Part shown: positions 23,619-36,089 of the stretch, piece by piece
Layout: every line of letters begins with the position of its first letter
How positions within the stretch are numbered: position 1 is the stretch's first letter
Origin: Malacoraja senta
Lineage: Eukaryota
NCBI GenBank assembly: GCA_038087875.1
Contig: CM075989.1
Span: forward strand, 5,580,001-5,644,000
Reading direction: 5' to 3'
Length of the DNA: 64,000 bases
Made by a program: the position numbers and the translations under genes
The notes under the pieces: generated by a model
Seen by the model: the letters and a program-made list of their open reading frames with translations, nothing else
What the model was told of the DNA's origin: nothing
Database searches by the model: none

Positions 23619-23917
23619 GCAGATGTGCAGGCAGTCTAGAATGCAGATGTGCAGGCAGTCTAGAACGCAGATGTGCAGGCAGTCTAGAACGCAGATGTGC
23701 AGGCAGTCTAGAACGCAGATATGCAGGCAGTCTAGAACGCAGATATGCAGGCAGTCTAGAATGCAGATATGCAGGCAGTCTAGAATGCAGATGTGCAGGC
23801 AGTCTAGAATGCAGATGTGCAGGCAGTCTAGAACGCAGATGTGCAGGCAGTCTAGAATGCAGATGTGCAGGCAGTCTAGAATGCAGATATGCAGGCAGTC
23901 TAGAATGCAGATGTGCA
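23619..23917. repeat. 24-bp minisatellite, ~12.5 copies, inside a decayed CR1
   Basis: Unit GCAGAT(G/A)TGCAGGCAGTCTAGAA(T/C); flanks 23560-24110 resemble degenerate CR1 ORF2. Confidence 0.95.
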
Positions 23918-24535
23918 AAGCAGCGAAGGATATTGGCATTCTGGTGCACCAACCACAAAAGGTTAGCAGGCAACTGGGAAGGAAAGTGAATGTAATGTTG
24001 GCTTTTATCACAAGAGGTTTGAATTTAGAACAGAAAAGTATAGCTATAATTGCACAGTGTATTGGTGAGGCTAAACCTGGTGTAGTGTGCACAGTTTTGG
24101 TCACCTTAGAGTCATAGAATCATAGAATCATACAACATGGAAACATTGTCCTTCAGCCCAACTTGCCTACACTGACCAACATGTTAATCTACACTTGTCC
24201 CACCTGTCTGCATTTGGCCCATATCCCTCTAAACCTGTCCTATCCATGTACCTGTCTAAATGTTTCTTAAACATTGCAATAGTACCTGCAAACAAATAGC
24301 TTGTTTAGGAAAATAGAACCCTGCTTTAGAAGTGGTTCAAAAGAGATTATCCAGCTTAATACCTGAGACGAGAAGCTTTTCCAGTCAAAAAAAGACACAA
24401 AGTGCCGGAGTAACTCAGCGGGTCAGACAGTATCTCTGGAAAATGTGGATAGGTGATGTTTCGGGTCGGGACCCTTCCTCAAACTGCCTGGGTTTCCTGT
24501 CTCAAGCAGTGAAAGAAATTGGATGAATGTTCTTA

Positions 24536-24743
24536 AGGGCCTGTCCCACTTTCACGACCTAATTCACGACCTTTTTTACTCGTGGACATTTTTCATCAGG
24601 CTAGAAAAACGCCCCGACCTACTTGATGCCACGAGTACCTACGACTAGCATCACGACCTACCTATGACCTCCTACGGCCTCCTACGGCCTCGTGACGACC
24701 ATGCTGCGAATATGAGTCAGGTCGTGAAAGTCGAACATGCCCT
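24536..24743. mobile_element. MITE, PIF/Harbinger-like (short, related to type B)
   Basis: Left TIR AGGGCCTGTCCCACTTTCACGACC, decayed right TIR GGTCGTGAAAGTCGAACATGCCCT; TTA on both sides. Confidence 0.8.
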
Positions 24744-25061
24744 TTAGGAAGAATGAGGGATGATCTTGTTGAAACATATAAAATCCTGAAGGGGCAAGAT
24801 GGGGTAGATGTTGAAATGTTCCCACAAGTGGAAAAACTGAATTGAGGGGGCATAGTTGCATGATATGGGGATGGCCATATAAAACTCAGCTATATGAACA
24901 TCTTGCAGGGCGGTGAGTCTCTGATTGAGATGTGCTCATTGTGGGTATTTGATGAAAAAAATAGATTTTTTTTTTAAAGATCAGGGAAATGGCAGCTGTA
25001 GGAAACTGGCATAAAGAGAGATTTAGTCTCTGGAAGATCAGCCATGATCATATTGAATGGC

Positions 25062-25325
25062 ATGGTGGCGCAGCGGTAGATTTGCCAGCACCAGAGACCC
25101 GGGTTCGATCCTGACTACGGTTGCTGCCTATACGGAGTTTGCACGTTCTCCCTGCATGGGTTATCTCCGGGATTCCACCAGAACTCAAAAGATGTACAGG
25201 TTTGTAGGTTAATTGTCTTGGTATCATTGTAAATTGTCCCTAGTATGTGTGGGGTAGTGCTAGTGTATGGCGATCGCTGGTTGGCGTGGACTCGGTGAAC
25301 CAAAGAGCCTGTTTCCTGTTTCTAA
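25062..25325 (+). mobile_element. V-SINE
   Basis: Head, V-domain with deletions, tail. Confidence 0.75.
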
Positions 25326-25475
25326 GTCTTTTTGATGCCCTATGATTTTGTCTCCGGTGTTTTTTGCAAGAAACAGAACAATAAAATCCTTACTTGCAGC
25401 AGCAGTATAACAGTATTGTAAACACAGCACTAAATAAATAACTTAATGAACAAACTTTAAAAAGTTTAATAATAA

Positions 25476-25697
25476 AACACCAGTCCCACTTTCACGACCT
25501 AATTCATGACATTTTTTACTCGTGGACATTTTAAAAAAAGCCCCGACCTACTTGATGCCACGAGTACCTACGACTAGCATGATGGCCTGCTACGACCTAC
25601 CTACGACCTCCTACATGTGACGACCATGCTGCGAGTATGAGCCAAGGGCAAACTCGGCAGAGGTCGTGAATTAGGTCGTGAAAGTGGGACAGGCCCT
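25476..25697. mobile_element. MITE, same family as 24536
   Basis: Intact right TIR GGTCGTGAAAGTGGGACAGGCCCT followed by TTA; left TIR decayed at its tip; interior aligns with the 24536 copy. Confidence 0.8.
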
Positions 25698-25947
25698 TTA
25701 TGAGTGAGTTGTCATCCATAGTGCAATGGTTCTGTATTTTCACCTCTGCAGTGAAATTCGATTTTGCATACAATTCGTTATATGTAATGGTGTATCACAA
25801 TTGTGCCTGTAAGATTTTACTATCTATAGGCAGAATCGTACATAAGGGTAAGAGTGTAAGGATAGTAGACCCAAGATGGCCCATTAGACATGGTTGGGAT
25901 TGCAGGCATAGTGAATAAGGAAAAAAATAATGAAAACAAGTATAACT

Positions 25948-26260
25948 TTAGCTTAATTTAGTTTTGAGATACATCGTAGAAACAGCCCCTTCGGCCCACC
26001 GAGTCCGTGCTGACCAGCAATCCCCGCACATTTACACTATCCTACACTAGGGGCATTTTTTACATTTGTACCAAGCCAATTAACCTACAAACCTGCTCGT
26101 CTTTAGAGAGTGGGAGGAAACTGAAAATCTCGGAGAAAACTCATGCGGTCATGGGGAGAACGTACAAACTCCGTACAGACAGCACGAGTAGCCAGGATCG
26201 AACCTGGGTCTCTGGCGCTGTAAAGGCTGTAACTCTACTGCCGCGCCACCGCACCGCCCA
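25948..26260 (-). mobile_element. V-SINE
   Basis: Full structure on the minus strand. Confidence 0.85.
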
Positions 26261-26868
26261 AACTATTTGAATTTTTTTTTTTAAACAAAATATTTATTTT
26301 TGGAAAGTCCTCATAATTGTAAGCTGCAAGAATAGTTTCTTGACAGAAGAATATGAATTACTTAGAGAGCGAGTAGGGCTTTGGATGAAACTGGGTTCCC
26401 GACCTAGCCTGGATGGGATGAATAGTGTCTCTTGTGCTGGAACCTTTACTAATTCCATTAGTTGTCTGGATAGGAATTTGATGTGAATGTGTTAAGTGTT
26501 GGCGGACTTTGCAGGGTGGAAATCTTCACGGACATTTTTACCATATCCCAGCACTTAGTAACCAAAGGAATTCTTAACCATAACACATTCAGGTGCCTTA
26601 CAGAAATGATACTGAACTCTACCCTTGTGGTTTCGAAGATGATCTAAATCCACAGCTCAGTTCCTGCCTCCGCACATATCTGTTATCCCACTGCGTCGCA
26701 ATTAGAAACTGTAGCCTTAATTAACAGAGACTTTGTGTGTAGGAATGAAGATGCTGGTTTACATCGAAGATCATCCAGAACGTTTAATATTTCAGTCTGA
26801 AGAAGGGTCTCAACCCAAAACGTCGCCCATTCCTTCTATCCAGAGATGTTGCCTGACCCGCTGAGTAA

Positions 26869-27297
26869 ACGGCCTGTCCCACGGGCATGCGACTCCATGC
26901 GGCAAGCGCAACCTAACCGCAAGGTCGCGGGGCCGGTCCCACTTCGATCGCGGGAGCCGCATGGAGTTGTGCGGAGCTGGTCCCGACATCGCGCGGGGCT
27001 CCGAAAAACTAACACTGTTCAAAAATTCCATGCGGCAACGGCCTGCCGCCCCGCAGCCGCATCGAGGTCGTGCGCACCGCCCCAACGGCCGTGCGCACCA
27101 CTTTGCCGCCGTACGCACTGTCTTGACGGCACTCGACCTCCGCGCGGCCCCCGCTTCCGATTTGGTAGCGCTTGCCGCATGCAGCCGCATGCTGGTGGGA
27201 CCGGCCCTGTACGGGGATCACTCGACCTCCGCGCGGCCCCCGCTTGCGGTTACGTCGCGCTTGCCGCATGGAGCCGCATGCCCGTGGGACAGGCCCT
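26869..27297. mobile_element. MITE, PIF/Harbinger-like (GC-rich interior type D)
   Basis: ~40-bp TIRs ACGGCCTGTCCCACGGGCATGCGACTCCATGCGGCAAGCGC / GCGCTTGCCGCATGGAGCCGCATGCCCGTGGGACAGGCCCT; flanks TAA and TTA; inserted in a Penelope-type arm. Confidence 0.85.
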
Positions 27298-28134
27298 TTA
27301 CTGTCTCTTTAAAGTGGGCCGAAGTTTTGCCTTGAACATGCGACTTCAGATCATAAGATCATAAGTGATGGGAGCAGAATTAAGCCAGTCGGCCCATCCA
27401 GTCTACTCCTCCATTCAATCATGGCTGATCTATCACTCCCTCCTAACCCCACTCTCCTGCCTTCTCCCCATTACCACTGACACCCGTACTAATCAAGAAT
27501 CTATCTGTCTCTGCCTTGAATATATCCACTGACGTTGCCTCCACAGTCTTCTGTGCCACAGCCACAGCCACAGCATTCAGAGAGCAAACCCCCAGCAAGG
27601 CTCCATGAACCCTACGTTTGTTGGGCGCATAGCAGCAGATGAAAGACAAAGGACTTTTCAGTGCAAACCCCTAAAAGCAGCAAGTTTTTGGCCTCTGCAC
27701 TGTGGAAGCGCTGGCACCACGAAGGTGCAGTGTGCGCACGACTGCTTATAATTGCACGGCCCATTTCAGGGAAGCATTGAATGAATCTCACCCATTCTGT
27801 GGACATTACATAATCAGGGAACTATGGTGTCATTGGCAAGGAGGCTAATATTTGCAACAGTGATTCCTTATGTGTTGCACAGCAGTGCTATTCTTCTGCC
27901 CGATACAAAAATTGGTAAATTTGCTGTATTTCTTTGAAAGGGTGGTCTTTACCTTTACAAGCTAATTATAAGGGAACTGATTCAAGCGATCTAAGGACCA
28001 CATCAACTCTCCCCATCGGAGTGAATGCTAGATACTCAATTCACTCCATCAGCTACTCACCCACGACCTGTGGCCCAGGACTGTTCTGATTCGGGAGGTA
28101 CTTGAGAAAAAGTTTAACATATTACTGCATAGCC

Positions 28135-28520
28135 TCAGAGAAGATCTTATGGAGGTGTATAAAACCATGAGAGGAATAGTTTGGGTAGACGCACAGAGCC
28201 TCTTGCCCAGAGTGGGGGAATTGAGAACCAGAGTTCAGAGGTTTAAGGTGAAAGGTGAAAGATTTAATCGGAATCTAAGGGGCAACTTTTTCACACAAAG
28301 GGTGGCGGGTGTACGGAACGAGCTGCCAGAGGAGGCAGTTGAGGCAAGGACTAAGGCAAGGCAATGTTTAAGAAGCAATTAGACAGGTACATGGATAGGA
28401 CGGGTTTGGAAGGCTATGGGCCAAATACAGACAGGTGGGACTGGTGTAGCTGGGACATGTTGGTTGCTGTGGGCAAATTGGGCTAGGGATATTTTTCCAT
28501 GCTGTGTGACAATGACTCTA
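28135..28520 (+). mobile_element. CR1 3' fragment
   Basis: EVYKTMRGI...FNRNLRGNFFTQRVAGV; 3' UTR follows. Confidence 0.8.
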
Positions 28521-29679
28521 AAAGAATCAGTACCTATCCTCCTGAGACTGAATAGATGAAGAGGTGAAGATGAGATTGGCCGTGAGTGGAATGCCTGGTT
28601 GAGTAGGGTTGCGTAGAGTTTAAGGATCAGTAGGTTGGAAACTCTGGGAGATGAGTGGGATACCAAAAATAACATCAGGAAGTACTGGAAATACCGTAAT
28701 ACTCAGCTAGTCCAGTAAATTTAAGAGTTAAGGTGGTGCAGACGGACAGATCCTGAATGTTTGTTATTTCAATGTCTACGCCTACATGTTTTAATTCACT
28801 CTTTTTTTTAATGAGGTTACACAGAAAAGCAGAATGTTAAACTTTCCATTGAAATCAGCAGGTTGCAGGAAATGGTTTCTCAGCTTTCAAAGGAAGTGTG
28901 GGAACCAGGTCCCCAGTGAATTTAAAAAGAGTCGTTTTAATTTTTTTGAATTACAGCACGGAAACAGTCTCTTTGGGGCACCGAGTCCATGCCGACCATC
29001 GATCACCAGTTTACACTAGTGCTGTTATCCCGCTTTCTCATCCACTCCTTACACATTTGGGGCAATTTTACAGGGCCAATTAACCGACGAACCCGCCCGT
29101 CTTTGGGATGTGGGAGGAAACCGGGGCACCCAGAGGAGGGAGATAGACACAAAATGCTGGATTAACTCAGCGGGTCAGACAGCATCTCTCGAGAAAAGGA
29201 GTAGGTGAAGTTTCGGGTCGGAACCCTTCTTCAGAGTGAAAGTAGGGCATGGGCCATCGTGGAATCTATTCACGGAGAGAATTAATGTTGATGAGGCACT
29301 AGTTAAGCTGCCTGCTTAGTGCAGGACAGTATTGAGCTTCCTCAGAGTTGTTGGTGCTGTAGTCAACTAGGCAGATGGAGACATGCCTCCAACACACAGC
29401 CAACATGCCTTGTGGATGATGGAAAGACATGTGCAGGTCAGAAGGTGAGCCACAGTCTCTGAACCAGTTCTTGTAGTCATAATATTGATGTGGCCGGTTC
29501 CATTTGAGTTTCAAGTCAGTGGAGGCCTTAAGAATATTAGGGTCTTCCTGTCACCTCTCGCTTCCATTCTCTGACTTATTCCAACTGTTAGTCTCTTGGA
29601 CAATTCCAACAAAGCTCCACAACCTCATCTCCCCATGCTATAGCCTCTAAATACAGCAGCGAGTTCAACACCCTCTGCA

Positions 29680-30010
29680 TTTAGAGTCATAGAGTGATAC
29701 AGCCCAACTTGCCCACACCAGCCAACATGTCCTAGCTACACCAGTCCCACCCGCCTGAGTTTGGTCCATATCGCTCCAAACTTGTCCTATCCATGTGCCT
29801 GTCTAACTGTTTCTTAAACGTTGGGATAGTCCCTGCCTCAACGACCTCATCTGCCAGCTTGTTCCATACATCCACCAACCTTTGTGTGAAAAAGTTACCC
29901 CTCAGACTACCATTAAATCTACTCCACTTCACATTAAACCTACGCCCTCTGGTCCTTCGATTCCCCTACTTTGGGCAAGCAACTCTGTGCATCTATTCCT
30001 CTCATGATTT
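29680..30010 (-). mobile_element. CR1 3' fragment
   Basis: RGNFFTQRLVDVWNKL...FKKQLDRHMDR. Confidence 0.8.
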
Positions 30011-30064
30011 CCTTCCTACACTTTCCCTTTCACACACCATGCCCTTGGTTCTCTTACACAGTGT

Positions 30065-30520
30065 GGCACAGTGGCATCACTTATAGATCTGCCCTCTCAC
30101 AGTGCCCGAGACCCGGGTTCGATCCTGACCTCAGGTGCTGTCTGTGTGGAGTTTGCGCGTTTCTTGTAACTGTGTGGGTTTCCTCCAGCTGCTCGGGTTT
30201 CTTCCCACATCCCAAAGATGTGCGGGTTTGTAGGTTAATCAGGCTTCGTATACAGCCCCTCGTATGTACTTAGTGGATGTGAAAATGGGATAACATATAA
30301 CTAGTGTGGATAGGTAATCGGCATGGACTCGATGGGCCGAAGGGTGTATATCCATAGTTTAGTGATACAGCGCGGAAACCGGCCCTTCGGCCCTTCGAGT
30401 CCATACTGACTAGGGAGAACGTACAGAGTCCATACAGACATAACCCATCAAGATCAAACCCGGGTCTCTGGCACGGCAAGCTCTGTAAGGCAGTAACTCT
30501 ACCTCTGCTCCACCGTGTCA
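30065..30520. mobile_element. Two V-SINEs tail-to-tail (+ then -)
   Basis: Plus copy at 30065-30356; deleted minus copy at 30357-30520. Confidence 0.7.
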
Positions 30521-30644
30521 CACACAATTGTATCGTTCAATCAATTCGATCAATCAAATAAATCTCAGCATTTTTCATTGCAAATTATTTGACGAAGCCT
30601 GGTTTCAATAGGTTTCTTTTGCAATTAACTTTGTGAAATGTCAT

Positions 30645-30960
30645 TTAGTTTGAAGTTTAGTTTATAGATACAGCACGGAAACCGGCCCTTCGGCCCACCG
30701 AGTCCGTGCCGACCAGTGATCCCCGTACACTAGCGCTATCCTACACAATAGAGACAATTTACAATTTTACCGAAGCCAATTATTCTACAAACCCTGTACA
30801 TCTTTGGAGTGTGTGAGGAAACTGGAGATCCCAGAGAAAACCCTCGCAGGTCATAGGGGAGAACGTAAAACTTTGTACAGGCAGCACCTACGGTCAGGAT
30901 CGAACCCGGATCTCTGGCGCCGTGAGGCGGCAACTTTACCGCTGCGCCACCATGCCACCT
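30645..30960 (-). mobile_element. V-SINE, full length
   Basis: Tail, V-domain, A/B boxes. Confidence 0.88.
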
Positions 30961-30997
30961 GAGAACCCAGCACAAGCTTTAAATGCAGGGACGTAGG

Positions 30998-31197
30998 NNN
31001 NNNNNNNNNNNNNNNNNNNNNNNNNNNNNNNNNNNNNNNNNNNNNNNNNNNNNNNNNNNNNNNNNNNNNNNNNNNNNNNNNNNNNNNNNNNNNNNNNNNN
31101 NNNNNNNNNNNNNNNNNNNNNNNNNNNNNNNNNNNNNNNNNNNNNNNNNNNNNNNNNNNNNNNNNNNNNNNNNNNNNNNNNNNNNNNNNNNNNNNNN
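30998..31197. other. Assembly gap (200 N)
   Basis: Run of N. Confidence 1.
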
Positions 31198-31349
31198 GGC
31201 CTGGAACGCGTTGCCAAGAGTGGTGGTGGAGGCAGAAGGTTTTGGATAGACATAGAGATTTGCAGGGAACGGGGGGATGTGGATCACTTGCAGGCAAATG
31301 TGATCAGTTCAAACTAGGGCATGGACATTGTACTGTACTGCAGCATTTT

Positions 31350-33996
31350 TCAGTAAAAGGCATCGCTCCCACCAGGTGGGTCTCCGCCAAGAATGCGCCG
31401 CACGGCGTCGCTGCACAGGTCAGCCTGCCACGTTTTGTCTTAGACGGTCATTGATTGGACTATTCCAGCGCACCATGGAACAGCTAGGGCGTCGCTGAGC
31501 ACGACCTGCACCCTCCACCAAAGTCCTAGACAGGGCTCGTAAAACAATCTCAAGCTCAACCCCAAGAAGTGTTGGTTCCGGGTCCCGGAAGTCACTTACG
31601 TTGGTCACGTTTTCACGGCAGGGGGTTTAAAGCCTGACCCCCAGAAAACATCAGCAGTCACCGAGATGCCCGCTCCTACTGACGTTCCCGGCCTGCAGCG
31701 CCTTCCGGGCCTGGTCAATTACCTGGGGAAGTTCATACCTGACCTCAGCGAACTGAGTGCTCCCCTGAGGGAGCTGATCAAGAAGGACTCCGCATGGGTC
31801 TGGCTCCCGCATCACCAGTCGGCGTTCGTGGCTCTGAAGTCCAAGCTCACACACACACCGACTCTCAAGTTCTTCCGATCTGCACAGACCAATTGTCCTC
31901 ACTTGTGATGCCTCTAAGTTCGGTCTCGGTGCCGCATGTCTGCAGCTTTATGACGGCCTGCAGCTACCTGTCTCCTAAGCTTCTCGCACCATGACCCCTG
32001 CCGAGCAACGTTATGCACAGATCGAGAAGGAGCTACTTGCCGTGGTGTTCGCCTGCTCCAAGTTTAGGGATTACATTCTGGGCAACACCTTCACCATTGA
32101 GATGACCACCAGCCACTGGTCACTATTCTGAACAAGCCTATCCATGTCGCCTCTTCCCGGTTGCAGCGGATGATGCTGCAGCTCCAGCGTTTCACGTTCC
32201 GGATTGTGTACCGCAAGGGCAAAGATATGTTTGTGGCCGACACATTGTCCCGTGCGCCGCTCCCTTCAGTTGCCCGCCACCCGTACGAATCCTCTGACCT
32301 GATGGTACTGAATGTTAACATTGTTCCATCCCAGCAGATGCAGTCCCTGGTCAAACACACTGCTGATGATCCTGCCCTGCAACAACTTGCGGACGTTATC
32401 CGCCGTGGTTGGCCTGACCAACGCTCTTCCCTGCTGGCTGTTGCCGTGCCCTACTCCTGGTTCGTGATGAACTAGTGCTACATGACGGCGTGGTGGTGAA
32501 GGGTCACAAGGTCGTGGTGCCGGCCGCTCTGCGGGATCACTATTTTCAAACTGCACACAATGGCCACCCCGGTGTGGAGGCCACTTTGTCCCAGGCCCAG
32601 AGCCAATTCTACTGGCCAGGTATGGCTCAGGACATCCGTGACAGGGTCTCCGTTTGCGCTGCCTGTAACAGTCTCCTGCCTCATCAGCAGCGCCAGCCCT
32701 CCTGCAGCAGCCGGCCCCCGAGCCTACCGTGGATGTATATTGCCACGGACCTTTTCGAATGGCGTGGCAAGCATTTCCTGGTCCTGGTGGGCTCATACTC
32801 CAGTTGGTTTGAGGTGGATCAGCTGCCTTCCATCACCTCTGCCGCCGTCATCGGGAAGCTTCGCCACCACTTTTGCACCTTCGGACCCCCGGTGACCCTC
32901 CCAATCGGACAACGGCAGCCAGTTCTCCAGCGCCGAGTTCCGTGCCTTCGCTGCCCGTTGGAACTTTCGTCACATCACCAGCAGCCCTGAGTATCCGCAG
33001 AGCAACGGCCTTGCGGAACGCGCCGTCCGCAGTGCCAAGGAGCTGCTGGAACACTGCCGCCTTTCACATTCCGACTTCTACCTTGCCCTCCACAACCTCC
33101 GCAACATTTCCCCGCGACCCCGCGCTCGATTCACCTGCCCACGCCTCATGTCCGCACCACTAGACCACCTCTCCCTGTCTCGCAACAGTCCCTCAAACCC
33201 TCGGTCCAGAACCTGCAGGTGGTTCGGATGCAGTCCCCCTCCGGGCACTACAGGCTGGCCGTAGTGGTTGGTAATGCCGGCTCTCCCCGGTCATACCTCG
33301 TCGACTATGAGGGCGCTATCTACCGTCGGTCACGCCAGCACCTCCTGCTCGTCAACGAGCCTCCTCCGCCTCCCGCGGACCCGTTTCAGCCACCTATCCC
33401 TTCCATTCTGCCCGAGGCTCCGCCAGCCCTGTCACTCCTCGCATGTCGCGGAAACTGCCCTCCCAGCTCTCTATGCCCCACGCTCACAAGCCTCTTTCCC
33501 CTGCCTTGCCTGCCAGCGTGCCCGTTTCGCCTCGCTGTTCTCTCCATCTCCGGTTCGTTCCCCGCCCGGCTCTCCCACCTCTTTCCCTGACTCTGTCCCT
33601 TCTGCTCCTGCGGTTGAGGGGAATGCGGGTTGCGCACCCACTCTGGCCGGTTGGTCAAGCCGCCTGTCCGTTACGGGGAGCTCGCTTAGCTGTGTTATGA
33701 CACGATTAACTGTTCCCAGCGCGGTTTGTAATCCTAGCGTATGAGCCGTGGTCGCTCTGTGTATTGCCATGTTTTTGTTTCCAAGAGGAGGGATGTAGAT
33801 CAGTGCATGTTCCTTTAACTTAGTGACCTCACCACTACTAACCACTCCCCATTGTCTCTCCTATAATTGTAAGGTCCCCACCTCCAGCCCGCTCTCTAGC
33901 TCCAGTGATGACCACGGACAGCTATTGCATAGTGTGTGTTAGTGATTTAATAAACCATCAGTAAAAGACTCTGTGTAGGAACCAAGTCATTTTGCA
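31350..33996 (+). mobile_element. Decayed Ty3/Gypsy LTR retrotransposon (RT C-terminus, RNase H, integrase, PPT, 3' LTR)
   Basis: Frameshifted pol: VTYVGHVF...GLVNYLGKFIPDLS (RT), TCDASKFGLGA...YAQIEKELLAVVF (RNase H), AHNGHPG...[16 protein letters not shown] (integrase); RT-RH-IN order. Confidence 0.9.
33794..33996 (+). repeat. Putative 3' LTR of the Gypsy element
   Basis: Polypurine tract AAGAGGAGGGA (33783-33793) directly followed by TGT; TATAA and AATAAA inside; right boundary (…TTTGCA) uncertain. Confidence 0.7.
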
Positions 33997-34114
33997 AGCG
34001 TAAGAGTCTATTCAAATGCGTGATTCTCACGCTCAAAGTGTGAGAGTTGGCAGCCCTGTGTACTGTTCCACAGACTAAGACACAACAATTCTATGAACAC
34101 CTCTCATATAATTA

Positions 34115-35022
34115 CCAATTACCAAGCACTTTATTTGTCCCCGAGGGGCAATTTAAACAAACAATACATTTAATCTGCACCAACCGGTCGACCGCATGAG
34201 CAGCGACCCGGCAATGATTGGGTTGTCAGCAGCGATACAATAAAAAAGAACACACAAAAGGTAACACAAACATCCACCACAGCATTCATCACTGTGGTGG
34301 AAGGCACAAAAATTTGGCCAGTCCTCCTCCATTTCCCCCCCGTGGACAGGACCAGGTCCAAGTCAAGTCAGGATCGGCTCTTCCTCACCGGAGACCGCGG
34401 CTTTAGATTGTTATGGGCCGCAGGCCGGCGGTCAAGATTTAAGGTTCCCTGCCGCAGCCAGAAGCACCGTAGACTTGCAGGGCCGGCGGTCGAAGCTCCC
34501 CTCCAGGGGTGATGGTAAGTCCATGCCGGCCCCGCGGTAGAAGTTGGCCGCGGGCTGGCAGTGATGGCTTCTTCTTCTTCCCCCGGGTCCCCCACGAGGG
34601 ATCCGGGCTGGTAGACGCCGCACCAGCTGGAGCTCTGCAGACCGCGACTTCAGGCTGCGACTTCAGGCTGCCGGCTGCCCCGGGCCAGCGAAACGGAGCG
34701 CTCCCCTCCAGCGAGCCCCAGCGAGGGTTCACCCGCTCCACGCCGAGAGTCCACGCTGCGCCCGCCGCTGAAGCCCGGCACGTCTCCGGGAAAGGCCGCG
34801 CCGATCCTTGATGTTAGGCCACGGGGGAGGCGACCTGGAAAAAGTCGCCTCTCCATGGAGGAGGCGACCGAAGCGGTTTCCCCCTTACCCCCCCACACCA
34901 CCCCCCACGCAAGACACACAAAGGAACACAAAATACATACTTTAAAACATACTAAAAAATAAAAAAAAGTTGAAAAAACTGATGCACTGCTGACATGGCC
35001 GCTGCCAGAGCAGCGCCCCCTA
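34115..35022 (-). mobile_element. GC/CpG-rich non-coding retroposon
   Basis: (AATTACC)n tail plus TTTATT at the left; shares segments with the 21014, 42535 and 43905 elements. Confidence 0.6.
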
Positions 35023-35267
35023 CAGACACCTGGGGCAAGTTTGCCCAGGTGATCTCAACGTGTACAGAGTCAAAACCACATGAATAAACTGTGAAGTGCA
35101 GATAGGAAAAAGACACAAAGTGCTGGTGTAACTCAGTGGGTCAGGCAGAACATAGATAGGTGATATTTTGAGTCAGGTCCCTTGTTCAGACTGAATATAG
35201 TGGGGGTGGGGGAGAAGAAAGTGGAAGAGAAGAGAGGCAGGGCAAGGCCTAGCAGGTAATAGGCCGA

Positions 35268-35479
35268 AGATCAAAGATAGACGCAAAATGCTGGAATAAT
35301 GCAGTGGTTCAGGCAGCATCTCTGGAGAGAAGGAATAGGCGAAGTGTCTGAAGAAGGGTCTCGACACAGAATGTCACCCATTCCTTCTCTCCAGAGATGC
35401 TGCCTGTCCCACTGAGTTACTCCAGCATCTTGTGTCCATCTTCGGTGTAAACCAGCATCTGCAGTTCCTTCCCACACAT
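35268..35479. mobile_element. Fold-back Penelope-type element nested in an older Penelope-type repeat
   Basis: 14-bp TSD AGGTAATAGGCCGA (35254-35267, 35480-35493); inverted arms; decayed CTGAAGAAGGGTCTCGAC motif. Confidence 0.8.
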
Positions 35480-36089
35480 AGGTAATAGGCCGACACAGGA
35501 GAGGAGCTTCGTGTTTTTTTTTCCTAAACCAACGACATCAGTCCCTTATTTGTCCAAGTGCATCTCGGAGCTGTGCTGAAATGAGAAGGAGAGTCTAACA
35601 GTTCAGGGAAGAGAGAAAAGCAGTATTAACGTTAAAAATAGATAACCGTGTAGCAGAACTGACCATTTCTGAGACAAGCGAGAAAAGCAATTTACCTGAA
35701 ATTGTTCAGTCATTAATAAGTCACAAAGACTACAATATGTCCGTGTGGAAGATGAGATGTTTTTCTCAAGTTTATATCCTCTACATCAATGGAGCATTTA
35801 GAGGGCTATAGACGGAGAAGTGGGAGTAGAGGTGGGAGTGGGATGAAGATTAAAGCACTGGGCAGCTGGATCCCCCTCAGTCACCCATGCCATTGAGTCA
35901 CAGGTTCAATACCAGTGCTCCATCAGTGTACAATAAAGTGAGAGGACTGAAGAATCGACATGTTATATATTTTCCAATGGGGAATGAAGCAAAAAGCTCA
36001 CCCATCACTGGAACACTTCCTATCCCAGCTGTAAGAAATTCCTTGCTTGACTGAATTTGGAATTTTCATGCAAGTCTGCATTAGAAATG

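Noticed and set aside
23619..23917. Possible CRISPR array
   Set aside because: Contiguous repeats without unique spacers, no cas genes, eukaryotic context.
25752..25808. Plus-strand 57-nt exon candidate (VKFDFAYNSLYVMVYHNCA)
   Set aside because: Acceptable splice signals but no recognisable product or partner exons; such matches arise by chance in 64 kb.
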